Positions 1 to 14,685 of a DNA stretch of 64,000 nt are shown piece after piece. This DNA comes from Eledone cirrhosa. Taxonomy: Eukaryota. Within the stretch, counting starts at the first letter, position 1, and each line of letters opens with the position of its first letter. The notes beneath the pieces are model-generated. The model did no database searches. It saw only the letters and a list, made by a program, of their open reading frames with translations, and had not been told where the DNA came from. The translations under genes and the position numbers were made by a program. The stretch is taken from assembly GCA_964016885.1 (NCBI GenBank), contig OZ024744.1, forward strand, positions 55,552,001-55,616,000. The letters run 5' to 3'.

Positions 1-890
1 TTCTATTTTCTGTTGCCATTGTTGTACCAGAAGCTCTATTCCAAGCTTATACCATTTGGTTGGTTTAGAAGGAAAAAAACTCCTTACACCTGTTTTCCAC
101 ATTGTTGAACTTCTGCACAGGAAATGAGCTATGGCTTGGAAAAGGTAGTAGTAACCTGATAGTGCAAGGTCTGGATGGTAGGCAGGGTGAAGCAGCACTT
201 CCAACCCTCAACTTCCTTAAGTTTGTGCTGTAATAGTGTGTGTCTTCAATTGATCAGTGCTGGGTCGCAAGCTTTCAAAGCATCATATACTTGTTGTAGT
301 TGTACATAAAGGTCAGCATCCACAGTATGACCATCTGGGTCAAACACAAAGTGGAACACAACCTTGAAAAAAACACACATGACCTACTGTTCATATCTCT
401 CTATTTGACAGCAGGTTCTGAAGCCTGACCAGAACAAAGCCATCGATTTCTCTCATTAGAATTATGAAAATAGATCCATTTTTCATCCCCCGTTTGAATT
501 TGACGCCAAGCAAAATGTTCACACATCGTTGAGCCTGGTCATTCGTCATTTCATGAGGTACTTCTGTTCACAAAGCTGAGCTTATGGAAATGTCAATTGA
601 TGGTGTTTTGTGAAAGAACAAGTTCTACTGACTATGTATGCGTGCTTGTGCTTGGTTGTTGTTTAACCATTTCAAGCAAGGTTTCATCTTTTACAACAGA
701 AGGTCTCTCTGACCTTAGTTTGTCTTCGAGGCTGGTGTTGCCTTCTTTGAAACACCTGAACCATACATTTGTTGACTGTTCCTGGGCCTTCTGCAAAGTT
801 TAATTTCTTTTGCTGCTTCCCTTGTACTCAGTCCTGTTTTTCTACAGGTAGCGTAAAATGGCTCTAATTGCAATTTTTTCACCACTCATT
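1..890 (-). mobile_element. Degenerate mariner transposase pseudogene (runs off window start)
   Basis: Manual minus-strand translation gives WFRCFKEGNTSLEDKLRSERPS, TGDEKWIYFHN, GHTVDADLY and HPAYHPDLA, matching mariner motifs; stops and frameshifts are present. Confidence 0.85.
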
Positions 891-1077
891 GTCAAAGTTG
901 TAAAATAAATAATAAACAGTTAATGTTTGTTATATATGAAAATATAGAATGAATAACTCAGCAACGATTGGACAACAAATTTATCAAATTAATGATATAA
1001 CATGGAGATATCAGTGAAAATCAAAAAAAAAATTTCACTCAACCTGCTGTACGTGTTGCATGTGTAGATTGTTGACA

Positions 1078-1222
1078 GCATCGCTGAATGACTAAGAAGT
1101 TTGCTTTGCAATCATTAGATACTGGGTTTGATTCTATAGTATGGCATCTTGGGAAAGTGTCATTGACCATAGTCTTGGTTTGACCCAATGTCTTGTGAGT
1201 GAAATTGAGTAGATGTAAACTG
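1078..1222 (+). mobile_element. Old tRNA-derived SINE fragment
   Basis: Degenerate A/B-box-like head followed by 'ttgggaaagtgtc...ttgtgagtgaaattgagtagatgtaaactg'; related reverse copies near 8040-8170 and 13955-14080. Confidence 0.5.
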
Positions 1223-1433
1223 TTTGCAAGAGCATTTGATGATGGACTGTACCTGTAAATCAAAGGGTTAGTCTTGACATAGTGTTTTGCTGAGTCTCTT
1301 AGAATTGTGTTAAGGGCGCATATGTCTAGGGACTGCTCAGCCACATTTCATGAGCCAGCTGTTCCATTAATTGAACTGGAATACTCATCTTTGAAACTGA
1401 CAGAGAACCATTCATTCATGCATGTATATATGA

Positions 1434-1720
1434 AGGCATGTAGTTTAGTTGTTAGGGTGCTCAGCTCATGACCATAGGATCATGGTTTCAATTCCCAGTG
1501 CTGTTTTGCACATTTGAGCAACACACTTTATTTCATGTTGCTCCAGTCCACTCAGGTGGCAAAAATGAGTAGTAAATGTAATTCAAAAGGCCAGCCTTGC
1601 CACCCCCTGCGCCATGAGAACTATGTTAAGAGTACATGTCTGTGGACTGCTCAGCCACATATTAATTTCATGAGCGGGCTGTTTCCCTTGATTGCATCAA
1701 TTGTAACATTCTTCATTGGA
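1434..1720 (+). mobile_element. Old tRNA-head SINE
   Basis: 'ggcatgtagtttagttgttagggtg...ggtttcaattccc...ttgagcaacacactttatttcatgttgctccagt' resembles the head and body of the young SINE at 22660. Confidence 0.6.
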
Positions 1721-1977
1721 TTTGATAGAGGTCTAATACCATGTATGTGCGTGGGAGGGAACAGGATGTAATAAAATAGTGGTAAAATTATGTGTATTTG
1801 GTAACTGCCATTACTAATGTTAGTGTAGAAATTTCTCAGGTGCAATAGAAGACTAATGATAATTAGTCTTAGTCTCTTAGGGTAGGAACCATTTGTGATG
1901 TAATATAAACTAACCTCCTCATCATTAAGCAGGTATGTGGAACATAATTTAGCAAAGGTTCTTATAAAAAAAAATTA

Positions 1978-2116
1978 GAGGAAGACCACGAAAAACATGG
2001 GCGGAGGTGGTGAGAGCTGATCTTGGACTGTGATGAATGGAGAGATGCTGTGCTGAATAGGACCCATCCCACCCTTGCAAGCAGGGAAAAGCGGATGTAA
2101 AATGATGATGATGATA
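1978..2116 (+). mobile_element. Old 3' end fragment of RTE family A
   Basis: Ends 'cccacccttgcaagcagggaaaagcggatgtaaaatgatgatgatgat', nearly identical to the RTE-A terminus at 19445-19500. Confidence 0.8.
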
Positions 2117-4103
2117 TAATGGAAGTTTTTATATACCAAGGATAGTTTCAGGCAGTTGGGTATCAAAAGAGTTAGGTAGTGCTGGAAAGAAACTGTTTTA
2201 GTAAAATGACTTGGTTGGTTGTAGTAGTGAAAACAGTATAATTGTATAAGTAAAGCTAGAATACTGTTTTACTTGGTCAACGACATATGTGTGTTATAAA
2301 TTTGCTGAAGCAAAGCCGACCAGGGCTACCACTCACGTTTAGATCAACCACTTTTTTTTAATATGTTGTCTTTGTCCAAATGAGTGTGTAAAGACATTAA
2401 ATGGATAATACTGATGATAATAATAATAGCAATTATTATTATTATTATTATTATTATTATAATGACAATAATGGTGGAGATGGTTTTTCAAAAAAGGAAA
2501 TTGCATGTTACTGTAGTCATACCTGGTCTATGTTGGTGAAACAAGTTCTACTGCTCTCTGGTGTTTATATTACACACAATACGCACTCACATACTCACAT
2601 TACACAATTCACAAATTCTCAAGACAATTTGAGAAGATCAGGAAAGTGATAGTCATTTAGTAATTAAAATCTCATAAAATCTCAGGTTGAATTCTTTTCT
2701 CAGATGATATTAAGTAATTTTTATTGGTTCTTCTGCAAGTTATATATTGCTTCTCTGTACTCTCTCTCTCTTGTACTTCTTCCTCACTATTGTTCTCAGT
2801 TACTTCTCTCTCCTATTATGTGGTTCTTTTTATTACTCCCATGTACAGTCTCTCTCCCTCTTTTACTATTGTACTTTCTCTATCTCTCATATATTTTCTC
2901 TCATGTAGTTTCTTTTTCTCCTTTGTTTCTGTTGTGTACTTCTTGTTCTCTTTCTCTCTCACTTTCCACATCACTCAGTCTACCTGTACATCGACATTAA
3001 GTGTATTTAATGACTCATTTCTCTTCTAAAGCAGGTGATGAGATAGCTGCACATACTTCATACAAGTCGTAGTCATGCATTAAGACAAGCTGACCTCTCT
3101 CATTCCATCTCTCTCCCTCTATTTCTGTGTTTCTCTCTTTCATTGTTTCCCTTCTTCCTCACTCATATATGATATGAGTATTGAGAAAGTATTTTTCTTC
3201 TATAACAACACACAGAAATCCAGCAGTCATTTATGAAATCTCTCTTTTTTTTTTCTTCGGAAGAATTACTTATCATTTCAAAGAATTTTGGTTTGTAAAT
3301 ATGTTCTTTCTCTTTTTGTTTTGTTTTTCATATTAACTTCATGTTTTCATTTATTTATTGTTGTTTTTTTACATTGTGAAATTTGTACTTTTACTGCTGT
3401 GGTTTATGGTTTCTTGATAACTGCTGTGTAAAAATTTTACTATTTACCTGTTTCCAGCCCACAGGTTGTGGCCATGCTGGGGCACTACCATTTTATCTTT
3501 TTTCCTTTTTTTTTTTAATGGTTGAATGGTTGTGGGGATGAGGGGGCATAAGTTATAACACTTCATTGTTTAGTGACATCACTTGTGTGTTGTGATATTC
3601 ATCCTATTTCTTAAAGATGTTAGTAAATGTTTTTAAAATGAAAAAGTTCTAAGTTAGGAATTGAAACCTGATTTGCAGATCTCTTTGTTGGGAATTCAAT
3701 TTCATACCACAGCACCCACCATATGAAAACTTTGAGGATTTACAAAAAACAAATTGTGTTACATATTTCTAATGAATACACTATTTGAATTAACAAAGAA
3801 TTTGAAAGGATTTATTAAAATAATTATTTCATTAAGATGGTATTTATAACTTCATAAAATTTTCTTATATAAAATTGTTGGAAGATTTTGATTTAATTAG
3901 GAACCTTTTAAAAATGGGTGGTTTTGTTTTATAAAACGAAGCAGTTTTGGGTGGGTTGATATCAAAAGAATTAATATTTTGTACAAGGCAAGTAAAATGC
4001 CACATATACTCGTATATGTCACTCACACTTCCATTATTGCATACAACATTCTTGGCTCAGTACTTGACTCACTCGCAAGGTTTTGTCAGTTCAGTAGATA
4101 AGT

Positions 4104-4137
<34 letters not shown>

Positions 4138-7100
4138 GGTGCAACTTATACAGGAGTGTATTTGGTATTAACTGTTATTAAATTTGATTGCTAGTAATAA
4201 AATTTAACAACATTCTAAGAATTCTAGATAATTTGAAATAATCTTCAACTAAGCTATGGAATTAGTAGCAGTATCTTCAGTGCCTTTACAAATTAATTTA
4301 TTATGATTGAATTTAGAAAATTTTGTGAACAAATGTTTTTATTTTTGTTGAATTTTTTACTACTTATTACAATTTAATTAAATCTTTTAATAGTAAATTT
4401 AGATTGGAGCTGTTCATATCATGATTTTGTCTATTTAATAAAATGAAATATCTGAAATATGAAGTTATCTTGACAACAGCTTATAAATATATTTTTTATG
4501 TACCATTTGTAATTTTACTTTCTGACATTCTCTAGTGCGAGAATGAGTATTTGATACAGAAGTAGTTTAATAATGTGAATTTTATACAAGACACAATTTG
4601 TTATGTAGAATTGTACTCTTTTCTGATGCCATCGTCCATTGCATATTTATTCCAATTCCATCAGTCTGCAGAATTACAGAAAACCTTGCATTACTATTGT
4701 CGATGAACAGCTGTTGTTTCTTTTTGCTTTTATAATCATCATCATTAAATGATGGTGATTATATATAGAAATTTGTTTTAATGTAAAAAGGTTTATTTAG
4801 GTTATTAAAGGAAATGAAATTTACCACTTGTGCAAATTTAGTTGGCCTCATACAAAGTTGTATCCCATAGGTTTCTCAGGTGTTTTAATGTCCCAGTCCT
4901 ATTCTGGAAAACAATGTGAAATGAAGCATCTTTATTGCTTAAAAACAGAAATTGTAGCCTGGTCCAGGAATTAAACGCAAATCTTTAGCATGAGTTCAAT
5001 ACCCTAATCACTGGTCACACACACCTTCACTTGTTATTAAATCTGATGAAAGGGGAAAATAATTTTCTGTAGATTAGTGTTTTTCCTAAAGTGGGTTCTG
5101 CAAGGAAATTTTGGGATTCTGTAAGTTAAAGTGTCTTTTAATAAAATTGGTAGGTTTAGATATATGTAGCTGTATATATATGTATACAAAATTCAACATC
5201 AGTGTTTTCCAAATTGGTTTCTGTCAAAAAATTCTGATATTCCTTGAGGTAATTTTCTTTTAATAAAATTTTATTTTATTTTTCCCTTTTTATATAAGTA
5301 AATTCTCTCAATAAAACAATTTTTGTTTCATTTAATGTCTTATTAAAATTAGGGTGGTGGATTGTCTGTAAAATATAAGTATGGGTTCTGCTATTTTGGG
5401 GAATTTGTATTATGGTTCTGTGACAAAATAAGTTTGAAAACTGCTAATGTAGATAATGAGAAATCTATAATGATAGATTTATTTTGTAATACATTCACAG
5501 CACCACTCACTTCCATTTAATTTTTTTTAAAGAGGTCCTAACCTCAAAATTTGAAATAAGGTAAAAAGTATGAACTGTTTTGTTTTTCTTACTTTACTCT
5601 AGTTTTCACTCTATCTTATTTGCATTGTACTAGCTTTCTCAAAACAATCATAACTCATTGTTTTGAAATCTGTTCAATAATTAATTTTGACTTCTTACTC
5701 TGTGATAAATGTACCGTTTCTAATTTGGATTATCGTATATAATTAGATTCTTAAAGCTAAGGTGAACTCTAAGGAATTGGTGTGTCAAGGCAATACTCTA
5801 CCACATTTTGAATTAGTCTCTAGGCGAAGTTCATGTATTTTTACTACAATTATCATACTAAGGTTACTTTTTATACATTTTTATCTTCCTTCCTTACTTG
5901 AGAAGGGCTACTTATTCAGCATTTCTAGAAAATAAAAACAAAATAAGAAGTAATTATCCACTGAACTTTTGACAGTTAATGATATGGAGATTTTGGTCCA
6001 AGCAACTATTGAGTCTTCTTATTGAAGATGATGACATTTGTTGAGCCCTCCTCCCCCATCCCATCTAAAAATAGGCTTAAACAAAGCAGGCTGTAGTGTT
6101 AGTGGTGATGGTTGTAGTAGTAGTAGTAAAAGTAGCAGTGGTGGTGGTGGTGGTAATGGTAGTAGTGGTGTGGAACATTAGTTTTGAAAGTGCAAGGTAG
6201 TTCAGTATAAGGTGATCATTAAGAAAGGACTGTAAAATTGTAAGAGTGTGGGTGTGGATTAAAGTAGAAAACACTACATTGACTGTGGCTGATAAACTTA
6301 TTTCTTGTAGTGGTTAAAGAGATAATTTCATATATTAGTTTTTTTTTAATTCTTTCTTTCAATAAGCAATGACAAATACATAATTGGAAAGTAAATTAAT
6401 AACTTTCTTCTTTATCTGCACTAATCTAATAACTTAATTATTTGGCCTCTCATGAATAGCAAACAAATCTCCCCCCCTCTCCACCCCAATCTATTTGATT
6501 TAAAAGTTGGAAAAATTGGCATGACTCATTAATTTCACATATTAAATCAGTTGTATACAGGAAAATAAAGTAAATATCAACTTATAAAATCAGCCATATT
6601 TTAATATTTGTTGCAAAATCCTTTTGTTACCATATTTATTATGAGACATTACCTTACGATTTTCAAAAATAAGAATTGGAAAGATTTAGTAATATTATCA
6701 AAGTGGTCGTGTTGGTGTCACAACAAAAAGCACCCAGTCCACATTGCAAATGTGATTGACTTTAGGAAGGACATCTAGCTGTAGAAACCAAGCCAGAAAT
6801 AGTTCTGTATGAGCAAGACACTGTCGTCTGATCTGGCTTACCTCATAACGAGACAACTCGTCTAACCCATGCTAGCTTGGAAAAATGGATGCTAAATGAT
6901 GACGATAATGAATTAACTCTCCCATTAAGCTGGGGTTTGGAACATAAATGTTAATCCATAAAATTAGCATACATTTTTTGTCTTTAAGCTGTGGTAGGAT
7001 CATAGCTACTTCAGTGCCTCTGTAAGAGCACTGTATTTCTGGATTTTTTTTGTCCATAGCCAGCAATTCTTAATCCATGATTCTGAGATAGGACAATATA

Positions 7101-7384
7101 TTCTTAAAGATTTTGTAAACAAACTTCTTTGGCTGGCTAGAATTAATTTGTGATAGTATTAATTCAGTGTGTTTCCGAACAAAGGCATAATGAACCCATA
7201 CACAATGTTTACGGATGATAGGCATACATTTTGTCTTGGTGTGATTAATAGTTTATTCAATCATATTAACCCTCAGTACTTAGTTTTTTGAAGTCTGGTG
7301 ATCTCTATTTTGTTGAATTGCTATGATACAGGACATAAACAGCACCAATTGTTAAGTAGTGTCATAAACTCACCTCTCTCTCTC

Positions 7385-8030
7385 ATCACCATTTAATGTC
7401 CATTTCCTAGCATGGCTTAGATGAGTTATCCCATTGAGACAAGTTTGATCTGGTGACCATGTTTTGCACATATAGAACTGTTTTGGGCTTGGTTTCTGAA
7501 GCTGCATGCTGTTCCTGATACCAATCACATTTACAGAGTGGATTGAGTGCTTTTTATCATGGCACCCAAAATAACAACCTTACAGAGTGGACTGTGCTGT
7601 TTGTTGTCACCAACATGACCACTTTACCAGGTGAACTAGGTGCTTATTTGTCACGTCACCAACATGACCACTTTACCAGGTGGACTGGGTGCTTATTTGT
7701 TGTGTTGCCAGCATGACCACCTTACAGGGTGGACTAACAGCTTTTAACCATTTCGCTAACATTGTGGGAGAGCATGTCCAACTTTGCATGTTTGTATGCA
7801 TGAGTTGAACAAGAGGTAGGGAAGGAGAAATGGTGCCTACTAGCATCCTTTAGATATTTGCTTCATCCTGCATAGATGAGAAAGCAGCCCCTCTACTACT
7901 GCATATCACCAGAGATCTTGATCCTGTGCCATCACCTTTGAGAGGTTTGATTGGAGGGGGGGGGGGGGGTCTGCTTTTATCACTTCATCCCATGGTTTCT
8001 TAGGTCTTCCTCTTCTACAGTTACTTTACT
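7385..8030 (-). mobile_element. Old RTE 3' fragment with ~47-bp tandem repeats (7530-7740)
   Basis: (CAT)-like tail, degenerate 'ggatgccttcctaacacc' domain, repeated unit 'tcaccaacatgaccactttaccaggtg..ctgggtgcttattt'. Confidence 0.55.
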
Positions 8031-8461
8031 GAACAGGCTTCCATGCAGTCTCCATCTACCAAATTCCACTCACATGTAGAAGACACTTACTTACCTAAGA
8101 TGCTCTGTAATGGGACTGAATCTGAAATTATGTATTTGTAGCATGAACTTTTAAAATATGGAGCTGTGCCTGTGTATATGTTAATTTTTTTTAAATTAAA
8201 AAAATGTTTTTATTATAGTACATTGTATATAAAATACATGCAAATGAGTTACAAGATTTTTTGCTGAATTATGAAGTCAGCTGTCTGATTATTCATTGAA
8301 CGACAGAGAAGGTTTTTTTTGTTTATGTTGTGCATCCACCCACCCTATTCCTCTCTTGTGAACCCATGGAATAATTTAAGTTTAACAACATGACTTAATT
8401 ATTTTGATGTTAAACCACCTGAAACTACCTCTAATTCTTTGATAATATTGCTTATTTTAAA

Positions 8462-8572
8462 GTATGTATGTATATATATATATATATATATGTATATGTA
8501 TATATGTATATGTATATATGTATATGTATATATGTATATGTATATATGTATATGTATATATGTATATATGTA

Positions 8573-8603
<31 letters not shown>

Positions 8604-8608
8604 ATATG

Positions 8609-8643
<35 letters not shown>

Positions 8644-8668
8644 GTGTATATATATATGTATATATATG

Positions 8669-8701
<33 letters not shown>

Positions 8702-8972
8702 GTATATATATATGTATATATATATATATGTATATATATATATGTATATATATATATGTATATATATATATATGTATATATATATATGTATATATATATA
8801 TGTATATATATATATGTATATATATATATGTATATATATATATGTATATATATATATGTATATATATATATGTATATATATATATGTATATATGTATATA
8901 TGTATATATGTATATATGTATATGTATATATATGTATATATGTATATATATGTATATATATGTATATATGTA
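8462..8972. repeat. Compound (TA)n/(TATATG)n microsatellite
   Basis: Directly visible. Confidence 0.98.
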
Positions 8973-10872
8973 TAACTTTGAATAACTTTGAAATGTTTTG
9001 GCCAGTATTGGCCCAGGCCATGTCTAACTTAATAGCACCACCTGGCGAAGTCTTTCAATTCAGGATTTGGGCACCATGGCCCATTCGAGAAGAGAATTAC
9101 TGTTTGCGGAGACATATCCGGGTGTGGGTGGTTTGTCCGGGATTACTTGGAGGAATTTGTCCAAAGACTTCTTGAATTTTGTGTGGTCAGTTTCTGTTTT
9201 GACGTGTCCTGGTGTGATGTTGAAGAGAGCAGGGCCGATTGAGGTGAAATAATTGTGCCGTATTGTTGTTATGAGTTGCGATTTAGATTTTTGAATGGGA
9301 CGGATAGCACGGGGCCCAAGCCTTGGGTGTATCTTGAAGGCGATGCCAACATCATTTGGGCAGTGATGATGGAACATTTTCCACATCATGCAGATAATAT
9401 AACGCTCACGGCGACGTTGGAGTGAGTAAAGTTTCAGGTTTTCCAATCGACCCCAGTAGTCAAGGTCTGACATGCCATCTATCTTTTTCGTGATTGCCCT
9501 TTGAGGAGCTTCAAGTTTCATGATACTTTGTTTCGTGTGGGGAGACCACAGTGGACAACAGTATTCAAGGTGTGGTCGGGCGAAAGTAGAGAAGAGAAGG
9601 ATAATGGTGCGGGAATCTCTCGACTGGAAGGTTCTGAGGATCCAGGAACACATTCTGCGGGCCATGTCAACTTTGCTGCTTATATGCGTGGTCCAGCTTA
9701 TGTTGCTGTCCACGGTTACTCCCAAGTCTCTGATGTTGTTAGATGCCACGAGAGTTTCCCCGGAGGGAAGGGAGTACGGGAGTTTCAGAGCATCCTCTTT
9801 TCCAAAGTGGATCAGTTCGAATTTGTCTTCGTTCAGTAACATGTTGTTCTTTTCTGCCCATTGGGTAACAGCCAGTAGGTCTGACTGAAGGCTTATCCGG
9901 TCATCCACGCCATTGATGACCTTTTGGAGCTTGGAATCATCAGCGAAAATTTTAATGTTGCTGTGTTTGATGATGTCAGTGATGTCATTAATATAGATGA
10001 TGAAGAGAAGTGGGCCCAACACAGTGCCTTGTGGGACTCCACTACTGACTTTGGCTGGGCTTGATTTGACTCCCTCAACTACAACATGTTGGGTTCTGTT
10101 TGACAGGAAGCTCTTGATCCACTGCAGCAGCTTTCCAGTGACACCAATATTGGACAGCTTTCTCAGTAGAATGTTATGATCAACCCTGTCAAAGGCCTTG
10201 CTGAAATCAAGGTAGATAACATCAGTGTTGGAACCCTCTCCCAAGGCTCTCAAAATGTCATCAAAGTGATGCAGTAGTTGCGTCAGGCAATCCCTTCCAT
10301 TACGGAATCCATGCTGGTTGGAGTTCAGCATATTGTTACTCTCAAGGAAGTGGGTCATTCGCGATCTCACCACTCGCTCAAATACCTTAATGATATGAGA
10401 GGTGAGTGAGATTGGACGGTAATTCACGGCAAGGGATTTGTTTCCCTTTTTGAAAACTGGGACAACAGACTGGGATAGAAGGTTTTCTGGCACATATCCA
10501 GCATCCAGTGAGTTCCGCCACAGATTGGCAAGAGGAGAAGCAAGTTGGTGTTGACACGCCCTCAAGACACAAGCAGGGAACCTATCGGGACCTACTGCTG
10601 AATTATGCTTGATTTCCTTTATTGCCGCCAAGACATCAGGGGCGCCAAACGTTATGTCCGATAAGGTGTAATGGGGAGTAACATCGCCGATACAGCCCAG
10701 ATCGGCCATATCAGGATTGCTGAAAACAGAGCAGTATTGTTTCTGCAGTATCTCACCCATGGTTTTAGCATTGTCTTGAAGAGTGCCATTTTCATCAATT
10801 AGAGGGCCAACAGTAGAGCCAGTGATTTTGTGTTTTTTTGCAAATGAAAAGAACACTTTGGGATTGAGTTTG
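8972..10872 (-). mobile_element. 5'-truncated CR1-group LINE, copy 1, with an uninterrupted RT frame (9060-10872)
   Basis: [46 protein letters not shown] motifs; 3' end with (TTCAAAGTTA)-type tail. Confidence 0.93.
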
Positions 10873-10938
<66 letters not shown>

Positions 10939-10947
10939 GTATATATG

Positions 10948-10985
<38 letters not shown>

Positions 10986-11107
10986 TGTATATGTATATGT
11001 ATATATATGTATATGTATATATATGTATATATGTATATATGTATATGTATATATATATATGTATATGTATATATATATGTATGTATATGTATATATGTAT
11101 ATATATG
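10873..11107. repeat. Compound (TA)n microsatellite
   Basis: Directly visible. Confidence 0.98.
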
Positions 11108-11240
11108 TCACACACACCTCTCCAAGACAATGTCACTGGACCGAGACCTTTGGCGGTACTCAGTAACAGAGAAGACCCGCCTTACCTAAATACATAGTAA
11201 AACCTACTACAGCCAGTAGGCATCTAACAAAATACCCCCC
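11108..11240 (+). mobile_element. Short internal fragment of RTE family B 3' region
   Basis: Nearly identical to 33767-33905 ([24 protein letters not shown]). Confidence 0.9.
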
Positions 11241-11650
11241 TAAATTCACTGGTGTCATTTTGAACTTAGTTTTCTCCATCAACATTCTGGTTTTTATGGA
11301 CATACTTTTTAGCAATGTGGGATACTTCACACTTCTGATCCTCATGTTGTAAGACAATAACAAACCTGCTTTTAACTCTTTTTGCATGCTATGTATACCT
11401 ATTGTTTAGTTTCTACCTGGTTCTGATCTTTGCTTGCTGCCTTCATTTTTCTTGTCTTTCTACAGCTGTTTTTTCTTTTTTGAAAGCTCTCTCCACAGTA
11501 CTGTTCCACCACCAGGTACTTTGCTCCAGCCACATGTCTGTTTCATCAGTAGCCTGCAGTGGGTTGTCTCAAAGAAACTTCCAATTCTCCTCTGTCGTGT
11601 ATCTAACTCCTTTTCCCTCGTCATATGTGTCATGTAGACGAAGCCTTTGA
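11240..11650 (-). mobile_element. Old degenerate RTE internal fragment
   Basis: 'ctgttccaccaccagg...ctccagccaca..tttcatcagtagcctgca' matches RTE-A 21527-21600 (TCGWS..WWWNS region). Confidence 0.7.
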
Positions 11651-14504
11651 AGCCGGTCATGTGTGTTTGTTTCTCTCTTACTTCTTGTTAACTAAGGTAC
11701 TGATATTTATTAACATCCACATAAACAGATGTGTCACTCTGCATTGATTAGACTTAAAAGTGATGGTTAGCCTCAGAAAGGATATCTGGCTGTAGAATAC
11801 TACTTCAAAATGTCTCATCCAACCCATGCCAGCAATGGAGGTGCTGGATGGTAGTTTTGCAGACATGCTTATTTGTGCTGTCTAAATATGTTTGAAGATT
11901 AACAAGACTTTAAAGTGATGTTGATATATTGCACTTGTTAATTAGAAACTGTATGTCTAAAGTGTCCATATGTGTGAGGGGAGGTGTCTCTTGACCAATT
12001 AGTAAAATTGTTGAAACCCTGCATTGCAAATAAACATTATTCTGAATCTGAGGCCAGGAAATGTATGTATTAATAGGTCAGCTGATATGATGGAAGGAGG
12101 CTTTCAGAATTTACTGTTGGATAGAAAACACAAAAGATGGCAGTAATAGTTAGGACAATTTCAGTTATTTCTTTCAGTTTCTAATTCCAAAAACTTGAAT
12201 AATTATTTCTTTTTTGGTACAAATACTTCTGCCTACTGTTAATGTTTAGCCCATGGCCAGTTCTAATTGAGTAAACCTATAATCAAAGTTGTCTAAGCAA
12301 GGGCCATCATATATTTTTGTAGAGTATCTAAGAACTACATTATTCAATGTTTTGTATTTTTTAAACAAAATAGGGTGTGGCCTGAGGGAAATTTGACTAT
12401 TAATTTAGGAAAGCTAAGCAATCATTTAGGTTTTCTTGTTGACTTTTGAGTAGTTATGTTTAAAAAGAGGATTGTAAGGTTTCCTCAGCATATTACAGGT
12501 ACTTATTTTACTAACCAAAACTTGCTGAAAGACAAATTAAACAATACAGGTTTTCAATTCTGTTATTTATTTAGTGAAGTGTTTTGAAGAATTCTTTTCA
12601 CTGATTTCTTTGAATAATGTTTTCAATAGATACTTTGAAGAATATTTAATGTCTTCATAATTAAATTTTTGAAGTTAAATCTTTGTTGTTCTCTACAAAC
12701 ATTTTGTTCTTCAGTAATTTTGTATTTTATTAGTGCTGTTTAGAATTGAACCAAAGTCTTTATTGTATTAAAGACTACAAGTTTTTAACAGCAACAAGGA
12801 AGTTGTCTTATGCAGCAGACAGGAAATAAATCAATTACTGGGTTGATTAATGGGTTCTCAGGTGATAGTATATTCTTTGTTGGTTCAGAAAAACTAGCTA
12901 TACCTTTACTATATCAGTTACACTGGAATAGCAAACATAGACTAGGTCATTGAATTTTTCAGATGACATGCTAAAAGTGAAAGATATTTTCTGTTATATA
13001 GGTAACATAATTATTACAGGATGTAGAACATGTACATTGTGGTCAGTTAGATAGATGTGAAGGCACATGGCTTCAATGTTTAGGGTGTTGGCCATATTAT
13101 AATTGTGAGTTTGATTATTGGACTAGGCGACATGTTGCTCCAGTTCTCTCAACTGGAAAAAATGACTTGCAACTAGCACATGATATATGTGAAGAGTGGT
13201 GTAGTACATTGGAATATGTTAGTGTATGCAAAGGGTTTGAATAAGCTGGGGAGGAATTAGATTAGAGTGATATGGACAATGTGCAATACTAAGTTGAGAC
13301 AAAGATAAAATGATTCAGACAATAAGCAGATATTTAGACAACTGATGTAAATAGAGAATTAAAAAATAGTAAAGTGTTGAAATATTGGCTGTGAGGAAAG
13401 AAGCATGACTGATTTGAGAACTGATTTGATCGTTCAAGAGAGATTTTTTCAGGACCAAGGTGTGGATTGTTACTGTAGTAATTGGTGAACCTATGCAACT
13501 CATGTCAGCTCTGGAAATAAGAATGTTACCTTCAGCAATAAATTGTTTAGTAGAACTTTCTGTTATAGGTGGTTATCAAGACACGTGTCAAAGAATATCA
13601 TTGATTAATCAAGATATCATAATAGGTTTACAGTAATATCATTGACACTATTATTACTGTTTTAATTTGGGCTCTGTAGAAACAAGTAATTTTTACATCT
13701 GCTTTTTCTATGCTTGCTTTGGTTGGAACAAGATGTTTTGAGGCAAGTTTTTCTATGGTTGGATGCCCTTTGTGGTGTTAACTCATATCTTAGTTTTTAA
13801 TTTGCAATATTGTATATACTACTGAGCTCTATCAAACAGCTACACTGTAAGACATATTGTTTATTATGGACATAAACATTTACACTGCACGTTTTTAAAA
13901 ATAGTGTCATGATGTTTACAATGACTGACATAAACACACACTGACACAAAAGGCTTAGTTTCCATCTGCCAGATTCACCCATAAATTATTGATCAACCCA
14001 AGGCCCAAGGCACCATATATTGGGACTGAACCACAAACCATGGGTGTATTTCGAAAATGAATTTCTTTACAACACAGCAATATATGAAGAAAAGGCAAAG
14101 AAAGGAGTTTTAGGTATTCAAACACTATAACTCAATTATACCCATAAGGCATTAACAAATCACACGCACACTGCAGTACAGATATTTGGCATAACCATCA
14201 ATGACATCTTATAGTGATCATATTTATTACATGCTGGCAATATTGTATCACAGGAGGAGGAGTCCTTTTCAAGACCAGAAAACACTTCATAGTTGTTGAC
14301 ATACTTTCAACAGACTAAAAAAGGTCTTCCTGGAGTACCAGCTCCATACCTAAGATAGTTATCCTCTCATCACTCATATGCTTAACCCTTTGGATACCAA
14401 ACCATCTAAATCTACCCTTAGTTCTATGATACAAAACTCTGTTTTAAAATGTTTAGATTTATCTATCTAAAAATCTTTCACCATAATTTATGTAATAATT
14501 GTTT

Positions 14505-14685
14505 CTACGTTAGGCACAAGGCCAGCAATAACCCAGTGTATTACTGGTACTTTATTTTATCGACCCCGTAAGGATGAAAGGCAAAGTTAACCTCGGTGGG
14601 ATTTGAACTCAGAATGGCAAGGGCCGTAACTCTACGCGTCAAAGCATGGTGTCCGACCCTCTACTGATACTGCCAATCCACTCCA
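14505..14685 (-). mobile_element. tRNA-derived SINE with Deu/Nin-like central domain
   Basis: Reverse strand has a B box 'gagttcaaatccc' then 'ctttgcctttcatccttacggggtcgataaaataaagtacca', recalled as similar to the Deu/Nin domain core. Confidence 0.6.

Noticed and set aside
5075-5447. Possible hAT-type MITE remnants (cagtgttttccaaa...gtttgaaaactgcta)
   Set aside because: Too degenerate; no TSD found
7530-7740. Regularly spaced repeats resembling a CRISPR array
   Set aside because: Tandem ~47-bp units without unique spacers, derived from an RTE 3' region in a eukaryotic context
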